The position numbers and the translations under genes are program-made. The notes beneath the pieces were generated by a model that saw only the letters and a program-made list of their open reading frames with translations, did not search any database and was not told the origin of the DNA. A stretch of 63,487 nucleotides of DNA, the filler included, from Candidatus Woesearchaeota archaeon CG1_02_57_44 (GTDB lineage Archaea > Nanobdellota > Nanobdellia > Woesearchaeales > CG1-02-57-44), in the NCBI GenBank assembly GCA_001871415.1. It is 5 parts of 5 records of this genome, joined end to end, with 100 filler letters (N's around TTAATTAATTAA, not from the genome) between each part and the next. Parts side by side here need not be neighbours in the genome. Positions count along the whole stretch, not along the records: positions 1 to 29,332 come from MNWW01000033.1; 4 more parts are not named here. One strand, written 5' to 3'. Of the stretch, positions 9,739 through 19,963 are shown in pieces. The stretch's first letter is position 1. Every line of letters begins with the position of its first letter.

Positions 9739-10496
9739 GCAACAGCCATGACGCGGATGCACGCGGGACGGGTCTTGGAGGGATCGCACATGCTGGTTTT
9801 CCGCTTGCTGATGCGCAATGGATGGCGCTCGCAAGGGATTTTGGTTCTCGCATCCGCGCAGTGGAATTCCTGCTGGTCGCAAGCCGCGCAAAGCCAGGCC
9901 TGCGTTTCGCGCTTCGTGCAGAGCAACTGGACCATGCGAAGCACTCCGCAAAGACCTATGGGCTTTGCTGGGACGTGAGCGACTTTGGCATCACGCTCGC
10001 TGACCAGACAAGCGGGAAAGGAGAAGGACACTACAGCAACAAGGGCGTTATGAGCGCTAGGCCTGGCGCCCTGCGCTTCTTCTACTGCGCTCCTGACGCT
10101 GCAGCGGTTGGCACGCTCAAGGCCGCTGAGGCTGCTCGCGACTCACTGCGCTTTGGAACGCTGCTTGGCTATCCAGAATGCTGCTGTCAGTTCTTCCAAG
10201 CGCATGAAAAAGAATTGGCTGCATGCGACAATGATTTCACCTCACTTGTTGCCGTGCCGTCCGGGGCGAGCTTTCCCTGGTGGATGAACATCTACGCGAA
10301 GGGACACGATGCCTGCGTGCTCTCGCATTTCCCCTGCTCGCTGGGCTGTGGCGAGAGCCACCGATTTGCAGAGGGGTGTGTGTCAGCGCTGACAGGTATC
10401 TCGCCAGGTCTTGCGCTCTCGTTGCAGGGCAGACTGATGGGCGATATCGCGGCGCCACCAGCACCCCATCCCCTCCACTTCTTCCCCGTTCAGTGA
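9735..10496 (+). CDS. DUF483-like protein
   Basis: FGTLLGYPECC and HFPCSLGC motifs characteristic of this archaeal family. Confidence 0.7.
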   Translation: MSNSHDADARGTGLGGIAHAGFPLADAQWMALARDFGSRIRAVEFLLVASRAKPGLRFALRAEQLDHAKHSAKTYGLCWDVSDFGITLADQTSGKGEGHYSNKGVMSARPGALRFFYCAPDAAAVGTLKAAEAARDSLRFGTLLGYPECCCQFFQAHEKELAACDNDFTSLVAVPSGASFPWWMNIYAKGHDACVLSHFPCSLGCGESHRFAEGCVSALTGISPGLALSLQGRLMGDIAAPPAPHPLHFFPVQ

Positions 10497-10549
10497 TGAA
10501 CATAGGTCATAGAACAAACACATCGGAAAAACAAGACCAATGACACTGC

Positions 10550-10981
10550 TCAGTGCAGCAATCCCTTGGCCTTTGCCTCGCCTATCACATCTATCAGCTC
10601 CTGCTTGAAGAGGCAATCGAGAGAGGGGGTCTTTTCTACCGATACCCAAAGGTAGTCAGTATGCTCGGGAGATATCCTGACGCGAGGCGTGGTCTCTGAG
10701 GATGCCTCCCCCAACCGCGCGTACAGCACCATCGCGTGTATGCCCGGCACCTGAACCTTGTCGACAGCAATGAAGGATGCGACGGGGATGACGATGCCCG
10801 TCTCCTCCTGCAGCTCACGCGCCGCTGCCTGTGCAGGGCTTTCGCCCTTCTCGATGCGGCCGCCGGGCAGCTCCCATGGGTTGTCGGAACCTGGCTGCAG
10901 GAGCAGCAGCTTGCCGCTCGAAGCGTCGTGCAGAAGCACCTTGACGATGCTTGTCGCGTCGCCTTGTTTCACTTTGGCCAT
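10550..10981 (-). CDS. NUDIX hydrolase
   Basis: Nudix box GGRIEKGESPAQAAARELQEETG; SPEH motif. Confidence 0.93.
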   Translation of the reverse strand: MAKVKQGDATSIVKVLLHDASSGKLLLLQPGSDNPWELPGGRIEKGESPAQAAARELQEETGIVIPVASFIAVDKVQVPGIHAMVLYARLGEASSETTPRVRISPEHTDYLWVSVEKTPSLDCLFKQELIDVIGEAKAKGLLH

Positions 10982-11110
10982 GATGCAGCATCATTGAAGC
11001 GCAGGTACTTCAATGTTGCGGAAATAGGCGATACTGGCGAAGAAACCAGATGAAGAGAAGGGATGAAGGAGGCGAAGCAATGAAGGAGATGAAGAGCGTC
11101 ACAAGAGATG

Positions 11111-12175
11111 TCATATCTGATACGACCATGCAGGAGGCAATGCGGGAGGCAGATTCGACGATGCGCCTGGAAAACGCGCCTGGAGGTGCGCAGGAAGATG
11201 CTGCAGGATCTCCTTTCCTGCCTCGTAACTGTCCGGACTGCTCTCAAACAGCCGCGGCTGTATCCAGACAACATTGCTGAAACCAGGAGCGATGCGCAGC
11301 ATGAACTGAGGCGTGCCCTTCGAGCCGCCATAGGTGAAATATTGCTGAGGCAGGGTCTGGTCGCGATGCTTGGCGCTCCAATCAAGATTCGCATTGTACC
11401 ATGTATGCGAGAGACCAAGGCTGCAGGCGAGTGGGCCGAGGGCGTCACGGACCTGCTCGAGCACGTAGACACCACCTATGCCTTGCGGATACATCGTCTT
11501 TGGCACCCTGCCCGTCGTGGTCCTATGCCCCCCTGATTCTTTCGGGAGATAGTCTGCCGGTATCACGATCTCCAGCGCGTCCTGCCTGAAGGTAATGTCG
11601 TCGATGGCATCGCGGAACATCGCCTGTATGAACGGCTCATCGACAGAGACAAAGGCAGTATAATCTGTGAGATGTTCCATCCAGGAGTCCGGACCTGAAC
11701 GCGAGAAGGTACCTTCATTAAAGGCCTCCACCCATCGTGTAGCATGAGGACGCAGAGGTATACTTTCCGCGGACTCTATGCAGTACCCTATGAGCTCCTT
11801 ATACCAGGAGTCTCTCATTTGCCCGTGGACAGCGAGCTGCTCGGTCAGGCCTGTCGTTGCATTGACATGGGGGCGCACGTCAAGCGCCATGCTCCTTCGC
11901 GTCGACCCGTCGTGCCCTGTCGTCTCATCGACAACCAAGCCCGCTTCCCCCAGAGGAAATACCATCGCGTCCCATCGCATACCGCCAGTGCCGATAGTCG
12001 AAAAGTAGTATTGCTGCACATATGCCAGAGAACCTGTCATAGGGAGAGGATGCGCCTGGATGATGCCCTCCATATCTGGCTCTGACGCGCTGTACATACG
12101 GTCTACTGTGACATCATCCCACAGTCGCTCAGCAGGCACGAATGCAAGCTCCTGCGCTTCTGCTGGTCCTGCCAT
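11111..12175 (-). CDS. Hypothetical protein
   Basis: 354-aa ORF with coding-like composition and a TATA-like element upstream; no motif recognised. Confidence 0.65.
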   Translation of the reverse strand: MAGPAEAQELAFVPAERLWDDVTVDRMYSASEPDMEGIIQAHPLPMTGSLAYVQQYYFSTIGTGGMRWDAMVFPLGEAGLVVDETTGHDGSTRRSMALDVRPHVNATTGLTEQLAVHGQMRDSWYKELIGYCIESAESIPLRPHATRWVEAFNEGTFSRSGPDSWMEHLTDYTAFVSVDEPFIQAMFRDAIDDITFRQDALEIVIPADYLPKESGGHRTTTGRVPKTMYPQGIGGVYVLEQVRDALGPLACSLGLSHTWYNANLDWSAKHRDQTLPQQYFTYGGSKGTPQFMLRIAPGFSNVVWIQPRLFESSPDSYEAGKEILQHLPAHLQARFPGASSNLPPALPPAWSYQI

Positions 12176-12331
12176 CCTGCTCCGGCAGCGTCTCGAGTTT
12201 ATATTTTTTGTTCATTGACTCTTGAGCAACTCCTGACCAGCACCGCCATCAGGAGTCATGGCGGGCGCCACAACATCTTCCCTTGCGCTCAACCACAACA
12301 TTCATAACCTTCTCGCGCTGCTGCTTCTGTC

Positions 12332-12979
12332 ATGGAACGCAATCTGCAATTATCGCTGCTCATCGTGCTTGCCATGGTCATCGCCACCGCATGGTACTAT
12401 CCACAACTCCCTTCGCGCATGGATACGCACTGGGACGCACAAGGCGCTGCCAATGGCGCCAGCGGCAAGGCATTCGGCTCGTGGCTCTCGCCCATCCTGG
12501 CGCTGGTCATGCTAGCGCTGTTCGCGGTCATACCCCGCATCGACCCATTGCAGAAGAACATGCGCAGGTATCAGGGACAATACTGGCTGCTTGTCTTACT
12601 GATCACCGGGTATCTGGCCTACATGCAGGCGCTCATCCTGGCGTGGAACCTCGGTCATCGATTCGTATTCACCACCGCGCTCATGCCAGCGTTCGCCCTG
12701 CTCTTCTTTGGCATAGGCTCGCTCATCCGGGACGTGCCGCGCAACTGGTTCATGGGCATCCGGACTCCTTGGAGCCTGTCTAGTGACGCTGCCTGGAAGC
12801 TGACACATGAGAAAGGCGCCGCATTGTTCAAGGCAGCAGGAATACTGGCACTCGTCGGACTCGCGTTCCCGCGACAGGCCATCTGGCTGCTCATCGGTGG
12901 AGGTCTTGTAGCAGGCATAGGCTCGGTCGCCTGGTCGTACGTCGCCTGGAAACGCACCAACAAGAAGGACAAGCGGTGA
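12332..12979 (+). CDS. SdpI/DUF1648-family membrane protein
   Basis: LPSRMDTHWDAQGAANG, IDPL and NWFMGIRTPWSLSSDAAWKLTH motifs. Confidence 0.9.
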   Translation: MERNLQLSLLIVLAMVIATAWYYPQLPSRMDTHWDAQGAANGASGKAFGSWLSPILALVMLALFAVIPRIDPLQKNMRRYQGQYWLLVLLITGYLAYMQALILAWNLGHRFVFTTALMPAFALLFFGIGSLIRDVPRNWFMGIRTPWSLSSDAAWKLTHEKGAALFKAAGILALVGLAFPRQAIWLLIGGGLVAGIGSVAWSYVAWKRTNKKDKR

Positions 12980-13155
12980 ACGGAGCAAGAAAGCATCCAT
13001 AGGGCTATGGATGAGTCAACCGCTGAGCGGCCCAACCAACAGCTCCTTGTTTCTGTCCCCGAGCAGGGACACCCGACGAAAGCTATATAAGCACATGCCT
13101 CTCCTGCACACGCATGCACTGGCTGCAGAGCAGGACATCCCCTGCCAGCGCATGA

Positions 13156-14229
<1,074 letters not shown>

Positions 14230-14288
14230 GCCGGCTAAGGCGATTGCTCAGGCAAAGGTATTTAATCCTTTATGGTCCCCACAAGTCC

Positions 14289-15524
14289 ATGGTGCTGCGA
14301 TGGGTCAAAAGCATAGTGAAAGGGCTGACCGGCAAGGCGCCTACGCAACGAACAATCTCTCTTGAGCGTGCTACGCTGGAAGCTGATGAACTCTCGCAGC
14401 GTTCATCGACTGATGCCATTGAAGCGGCCAATACCTTCGCGTCCCAGGTGCGCCACGGTCTTGAGGAGGTGGCAGCGCGACTTGATGGACTGGCGGACGC
14501 GACCATACCGAATCCTAACATACCCCTGCAGCACAAGCAGATCCTTGACGGCAACCGCAAGGCCTATCTTGACAAGGTCCGCAGGTTCCTTGACCACAGC
14601 AGTGTGCTGAAGGTTGAGCCCGGCGGCATAGAGGACTTCAAGGCGCACCTGCGCGAAGCCCTTGAGCAGCTTGGCCAGCAGAACCAAAAGCCTGTCACGG
14701 TGCTCAATGAGTTCCTGGCCAATGAGACCAGGCAGGTGCAGTCAGGGTTGCATGATTTGGCACTACTTGCCGCTCCGGGCGAAGAGCCAGGCCAGCGTGG
14801 TCGGCGCGCCAGAGAGCTCGCCGCAAAGGCCCAGGAGATACTCTCGGCGCTGGCAGGACTTGCCAAGGAGCAAGATCATCTGGAGAAGCGCAGGAGCACA
14901 CTTACCCGGGAGAAGCATAGCATCCTCGGCGAGCTTTCAGGCATTGAAGCCAGCGACGCGTACACTGACTACCAGCGCCTGCTGAGCAGGAAAGAGACCA
15001 TCCAGAACATGCTAAGTTTCGAGCAGCAAAAGATGCAAACGGAATTCTCGCCCATAGCGAGCATCCTCAAACGAGCACCAAGCCTGCTGGATGGGGGGAT
15101 GCAGCAGTATCTGGACAATGCGGCCAAAGCACTCGAACAGGATGAGAAACTCGCCATCATGGGCGTCATCGCGGCCGCGGCAAAGCATGTAGAGACTACT
15201 GACCTGAAGCCCGCGCGAAGGCGCAGGGCGCAGCAGGCCATAGCACAGGTGACCCTGGAAGGGCTGCAGGAGCAACAGCAGCGACTCAGGAAGCTGCGCA
15301 AAGATTATGAGCAGGTGGAGGAGAACATCAGCGCAAACGGTGTCGTCGCCAAGCAGCAAGAGCTTCAAGAGTCGCTCAAGAAAGTCGAGCATCAGATAGC
15401 GCAGGTGAAAGAGGCGATAGCGGGCATCACCAAGAAACAGCTGGATGATGAGCTGCAGGCCACGCTGAAGGAACTTGGTGAATTGTTGTCAGGCTATGAC
15501 ACCGTGAAGATTGTGCTGACGTAG
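14289..15524 (+). CDS. Coiled-coil hypothetical protein
   Basis: Long heptad-rich Q/E/K/L ORF; start moved to ATG 14289. Confidence 0.75.
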   Translation: MVLRWVKSIVKGLTGKAPTQRTISLERATLEADELSQRSSTDAIEAANTFASQVRHGLEEVAARLDGLADATIPNPNIPLQHKQILDGNRKAYLDKVRRFLDHSSVLKVEPGGIEDFKAHLREALEQLGQQNQKPVTVLNEFLANETRQVQSGLHDLALLAAPGEEPGQRGRRARELAAKAQEILSALAGLAKEQDHLEKRRSTLTREKHSILGELSGIEASDAYTDYQRLLSRKETIQNMLSFEQQKMQTEFSPIASILKRAPSLLDGGMQQYLDNAAKALEQDEKLAIMGVIAAAAKHVETTDLKPARRRRAQQAIAQVTLEGLQEQQQRLRKLRKDYEQVEENISANGVVAKQQELQESLKKVEHQIAQVKEAIAGITKKQLDDELQATLKELGELLSGYDTVKIVLT

Positions 15525-15620
15525 ACCACAATCAAGCTCATACGCTCAGCCGTACTTATTTCTGACGCTTCTGCGCGCATGCATCATAGGATGGATGCTC
15601 AGTCCCCTCTGGCGCCTAAA

Positions 15621-16901
15621 CTATTGCTGCCCGAACGCCGCGAGTGATGGAAGCTCCTTTCCTGTGAGGTAGGCCAGTGTCGCGCCACCGCCAGTGCTGA
15701 CATGGGAGAAACCCCCCTTCGTGCCTACCTTTGGTATCTTTTTCTCGAGTTCCGCTTGCTGTTCGGCTGTCGTGGTCTCGCCGCCACCTGCGACAGAAAT
15801 GCCCTCGCAGGCAGCCATGGCTAGCACCATGGCGTCGGTCCCTCCTCGGAACGGTTCATACTCTACGAGGCCCATGGGCCCGTTCCAGACCGCCATCTCG
15901 GCTGGCAAGATGATGCCCGCGTATTGGCTGCGTGTCTCTTCGCCGATGTCGAAGAAGTATTCATTGCCTTCAATGGTCTCAATGCCCGCGCTCCTGGTGT
16001 ACTGCGGCGCCTTCGCACTGCCTGTGCCGAACACTCCATCAGTCGGCAGGACAATCTTGCCGCCATCGATACCAACGACCCTGAGGCCATAGGTTCCGAT
16101 TAGCTCCTGCGCCTTCTCGCGCTCCTCAGGAGGCACAATCGCGGCACCGATGGGCTTTTCCTGCGCAGCGAGGAACGCATAGACCATAGCGCCACCGACC
16201 AGGACAGTACCGTAGTGCTCTGCCAGGAATGTGATGGTGTCTATCTTGTCCGCTATCTTGAGCCCGCCGATGAGCGCGACGCTCTGCTGTGGCGGCAAGA
16301 GCAATGGTGAGAGCATCTCCAGCTCTCTTTGCATAAGCAGACCGATGTAGCTTCTGCCCTGGAACAACGGGACGACCCCTGCATTAGACGCATGCGCCCT
16401 ATGCGCGGCGCCGAATGCGTCATTGACAAAGATGCCACCTTGCGCGTGCGCAGCGAGCAGAGCCGCGTATCCAGGATCGTTCTTCTTCTCCCGGGGGTCA
16501 AAGCGTGTGTTCTGAAGGAAGTAGATGCCTTCGCCCGTGATTGGCGTCGCGATATCACCATGGAACTGCACGGGCTTGCCCCAGAGCTCACTGAGGCGTC
16601 GGGCCACCTTCTCGGTGTCAAGCGCTGCGAGGAATTCCTCACGCGGACGCCCTGTTTTCTTTGCGAGCTTATCAGGGTCACCCAAGTGGGTCATGAGCAC
16701 GAGCCTGCTTGGTTGCATCTCGATGAGCCGCTCAAGTGTCGGTAATGACATCTCGATACGAAGGTTTCCTTCATTGCCTTCCAAGAGCCGGTCGCCGTCC
16801 ATGGGCAGGTTGTAATCCACACGCACGAGCACAGGATTCCCCTTGACATTGTCAACAGGGCAGTCAGCAAGAGTCGGATACGTCCTAGTCATGGTTGTCA
16901 T
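15621..16901 (-). CDS. pgk: Phosphoglycerate kinase
   Basis: VRVDYN, NTRF, NDAFGAAHRAHAS, GGLKIADK, WNGPMG and HVSTGGGA motifs; GGTGA before ATG 16901. Confidence 0.93.
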   Translation of the reverse strand: MTTMTRTYPTLADCPVDNVKGNPVLVRVDYNLPMDGDRLLEGNEGNLRIEMSLPTLERLIEMQPSRLVLMTHLGDPDKLAKKTGRPREEFLAALDTEKVARRLSELWGKPVQFHGDIATPITGEGIYFLQNTRFDPREKKNDPGYAALLAAHAQGGIFVNDAFGAAHRAHASNAGVVPLFQGRSYIGLLMQRELEMLSPLLLPPQQSVALIGGLKIADKIDTITFLAEHYGTVLVGGAMVYAFLAAQEKPIGAAIVPPEEREKAQELIGTYGLRVVGIDGGKIVLPTDGVFGTGSAKAPQYTRSAGIETIEGNEYFFDIGEETRSQYAGIILPAEMAVWNGPMGLVEYEPFRGGTDAMVLAMAACEGISVAGGGETTTAEQQAELEKKIPKVGTKGGFSHVSTGGGATLAYLTGKELPSLAAFGQQ

Positions 16902-17127
16902 GCAATCACCTGGGTGTCGCATCTGCGGCCCTGATATAAGAATTTTGCCCAATGCGCTACGAAATCCAGGACAGGACTACGGATGGGACATAGACAGTAT
17001 GAGGTCCAGTCTTCCATCACCCCATCCATCCTGCACTGTGGTCCTTGCGAGCCAATTGCTTGGATAGACACTCTTTTCCCTATCTCTGCCGCAACAATAT
17101 AAAAGGCAGCTGGAATCCTCGCTGCTC

Positions 17128-17472
17128 ATGGCCAAGCGATTCGCCCGCCGAAAGGAGCGCACCCAGGACATCGCCAGCGAGCGCATCGTCACGCTGCTGA
17201 GCGTGGCGGAGGCAGAAAAGGATATGCAGCTTCGCGACAGATATGTCTCGCTCGCCCTGCAGGTCAAGCAGAAGTACAAGGTGCGCGTTCCCACCGCGCT
17301 GCGGGAGCGCTACTGCAAGCAGTGCAGAACATATCTGGTCCCTGGCGTCAATTGCCGCGTAAGGCTCAAGCAAGGCAAGCGCACCATCGCGTGCCTCACG
17401 TGCCGAAGGTTCAGAAGGGTGCCCTATAGTAAACGGCCTGCGAAGGTGCTGAAAGCGCGAAGAGTGCGCTAG
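17128..17472 (+). CDS. rnp4: Ribonuclease P protein component Rpr2/Rpp21
   Basis: IASERI..L, RYV.LA, CKQC...LVPG..CRVR...CLTC...RVPY pattern. Confidence 0.9.
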   Translation: MAKRFARRKERTQDIASERIVTLLSVAEAEKDMQLRDRYVSLALQVKQKYKVRVPTALRERYCKQCRTYLVPGVNCRVRLKQGKRTIACLTCRRFRRVPYSKRPAKVLKARRVR

Positions 17473-17636
17473 ATAGAATTCTAGAGTCTGTGAGCAGGTC
17501 ACGCTGTGTGCTAAGAGTGTGAGCACATCAGACTGTACGCCACAACACCCTTACGGGACATTACATCATTTGAGAACCTGTTCTGTGCCCCCTTAGGTCA
17601 CAAAAAACCTATAGTCACCACTCTACAATAGAAACT

Positions 17637-17656
17637 TACCGAAACCCTTAAATATA
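17637..17656 (+). promoter_or_regulatory. Archaeal BRE-TATA promoter
   Basis: CCGAAAC-CC-TTAAATAT about 35 bp upstream of ATG 17691. Confidence 0.55.
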
Positions 17657-17690
17657 ACTTACTCCTGACCAGTTGTTACAAGTGAGTGAC

Positions 17691-17879
17691 ATGGATTTCA
17701 ACCAGATACGGCTGCCAAGCCACGACGCGAACACCATCGACTGGAACGCTGAGCCCATCGGGCTCTCCTGTCCGACAGAAGTGCTCTGCGGCCTGTGCCT
17801 CACGCTCTGTACAGTGAAGGAAAACACGATCGCGTGCCCGAGATGCGGCGCGCGACACGAGGAGATGAACCATGCTTGA
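17691..17879 (+). CDS. Small zinc-ribbon protein
   Basis: CGLC...CPRC; lies directly downstream of a BRE-TATA element. Confidence 0.6.
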   Translation: MDFNQIRLPSHDANTIDWNAEPIGLSCPTEVLCGLCLTLCTVKENTIACPRCGARHEEMNHA

Positions 17880-18003
17880 CGAAAAAGACGAGTTCTTGCT
17901 AGATGAGATCAGCGGAAGGAAGCGCAAGCCCGTCATGAGTCTGCTTAACAAGAAGAAGCTCTCTAGCTTCGAGATGGATGAGCTGTTCGTGGACCTTGAG
18001 TAA
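17872..18003 (+). CDS. 43-aa hypothetical protein (not in the ORF track)
   Basis: MLDEKDEFLLDEISGRKRKPVMSLLNKKKLSSFEMDELFVDLE; GAGGAG site at about 17859-17864; overlaps the upstream stop. Confidence 0.55.
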   Translation: MLDEKDEFLLDEISGRKRKPVMSLLNKKKLSSFEMDELFVDLE

Positions 18004-18166
18004 GCGAGTTCGCAGAGCCTCAAGGCCCGCCCCTCGCGTTCAGACCCTTCAAGGGGCAAGATTTATGTTCTATTGCCTTTTCTTTGATTCTATGCTTGAC
18101 ACCCCCAAGGCCATGCCAACAGTGCTCCCCGATTCTGAGAAGAGCACCTCTGCCCCCGCATCAGCA

Positions 18167-18439
18167 ATGACAGACACACCTGATGAGACCTATGACCTGG
18201 AACTTGACAAGGCCGTCGCTGCCATCCAAGAGCAACAGGCCAAGAGCGTTGTCATCCAACTGCCTGATGGACTCAAGTCCAGGGCGAAGAAGATCGCTGA
18301 TGAACTGACCAGCAGGACCGGTTGCGATGTCACTATCTGGCTGGGCTCGAATTTCGGCGCGTGCGATCTCGCGCTGCACGCCAGGTCACTGGGCGCTGAC
18401 CTGCTCATCCATTTCGGACATTCTGAATGGCGGTACTGA
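18167..18439 (+). CDS. dph2: Stand-alone N-terminal domain of diphthamide synthesis protein Dph2 (start uncertain: 18092, 18113 or 18167)
   Basis: VIQLPDGLK, FGACD and DLLIHFGHS motifs of the Dph2 first domain, followed by a clean stop. Confidence 0.8.
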   Translation: MTDTPDETYDLELDKAVAAIQEQQAKSVVIQLPDGLKSRAKKIADELTSRTGCDVTIWLGSNFGACDLALHARSLGADLLIHFGHSEWRY

Positions 18440-18644
18440 TCCACGAGTTTGTCGGCACAACACCATCTCGAGGTCGCAGGTCAGCCCGACAGCGAACTGC
18501 ACCCGCCCCCATTATGAATCTGAATCCTGCATAATGACCGCAATACAGAGGAATGCTTCGCAATACAGATGAATGCTTCATAGGTCATGTCCCGCAGGCG
18601 CGACCATGGATAAGCACCCTTGGCCCACTCATCGCCACACCCAC

Positions 18645-19295
18645 TCATCGCCATACATCGAATGCATCAGCATCCGGGCCATCCACATAAGGGATAGTCG
18701 CTCCTATCCCGATGCTCTGGCCGAATATCCACATCTGGCCTGGCGCCGGCTCTGGCAGCTCTGAACCAAGCACGTCCACGAAGTACTGCTGCGCCGCAAG
18801 AAGCTCCTCATGCGTCGCTGCCAGGATGAGCGCACCCGGGCATTCCTGAGTACTATCCCAGTAGCTATACACTTGCTCAATGGCCTGCTGAAGACCTCTG
18901 TATGAAGCGCCAAGACCCTCCTTATTACCGCCATAACCCCAGGGCAGTACTTTGAGCCTCACGTCCAGGCCTGCGTCCCGCAGGTCGATATCCATGAGCG
19001 CAGACGGCCACGCCCGCGTCCTGACGACGAGCCATGCATCAGACACGGTATTCAGGTCTTTGACCGCTGCCATAGCTGCCTCCCGTGACGCACCACTGAC
19101 AGAGACCGGTGCATCCCCACCTGCCTGCAGGCCCAACACCCCGGCAGAGCCGTAGAAAGGCACACCCAATGCCACATACTCCAGGCCATGCAAGGGTGGT
19201 CGCGCGCCGACCTGCTGTCTGGCTGCGCCCAAGGTATCTGCCTGCTTGGCAGAACCGAAGATATCCATCACCGGTATGCCTGACGAGCATCTCAT
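18645..19295 (-). CDS. Hypothetical protein
   Basis: Translationally coupled to the upstream ORF (ATGA overlap). Confidence 0.6.
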   Translation of the reverse strand: MRCSSGIPVMDIFGSAKQADTLGAARQQVGARPPLHGLEYVALGVPFYGSAGVLGLQAGGDAPVSVSGASREAAMAAVKDLNTVSDAWLVVRTRAWPSALMDIDLRDAGLDVRLKVLPWGYGGNKEGLGASYRGLQQAIEQVYSYWDSTQECPGALILAATHEELLAAQQYFVDVLGSELPEPAPGQMWIFGQSIGIGATIPYVDGPDADAFDVWR

Positions 19296-19960
19296 CGTCG
19301 CTCACCTGGATCCATGGGCCGGCTCGCGTGCCACTCCAGGCTGCCTTCCGGCAGCTTCACCCAGGAATGTGATTCCGGCAGATGCGCGTACGCCTCGCCC
19401 ATGTGCAGGCGTGTTATCGCAGGCTGCTCGCCATAGACGCGCTTGGTCCACTCCTGCACGAAGGTCGCAGCGAGTGGTCGGTGCGTCACGATGAGCATCG
19501 CTTGGGGACCCTCCCCATACCGCCCTGATTCTCGCAGAAGCCCCATCTGTCGCACAGCGGCGTCCTCCATGGCTTGCACCACAAAAGGATACATCTCCGG
19601 GATATTGCAGCCCTGGCCTCCATAACTATGCATGAAGTAATACCCAGGACCAAATGCCTTGCAGAGAATGCGGGAGGTGCCCAGTATCGCAGAGTCCCAA
19701 TCGAATGCCATGTGCGCTAACTGCCTGCCGTCCATGACATCAAGGATTACCTGAGCAAGGTCATGCGCACTAGCGTGCACATTCTTGCCGTGCGTCTCAC
19801 CATGGGTCCCGAACATCGGTCTCGCCAGGACAATAGGAGTATCAGGCCCCAGTTGCCGGTAGGGAGCAGGAGGATCCACCAAGCCAGAATACAGACGCCT
19901 TCCAAGCTCGCCTCTATCCACGGTAGCATCGGTAAGCCACGAGTGACGCACTTGCACCAT
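19292..19960 (-). CDS. Hypothetical protein, possibly a degenerate histidine-phosphatase fold
   Basis: GGAGGTG ribosome-binding site; MLIVTHRP resembles the second His motif of that family, but the RHG motif is absent. Confidence 0.6.
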   Translation of the reverse strand: MVQVRHSWLTDATVDRGELGRRLYSGLVDPPAPYRQLGPDTPIVLARPMFGTHGETHGKNVHASAHDLAQVILDVMDGRQLAHMAFDWDSAILGTSRILCKAFGPGYYFMHSYGGQGCNIPEMYPFVVQAMEDAAVRQMGLLRESGRYGEGPQAMLIVTHRPLAATFVQEWTKRVYGEQPAITRLHMGEAYAHLPESHSWVKLPEGSLEWHASRPMDPGERR

Positions 19961-19963
19961 CGT

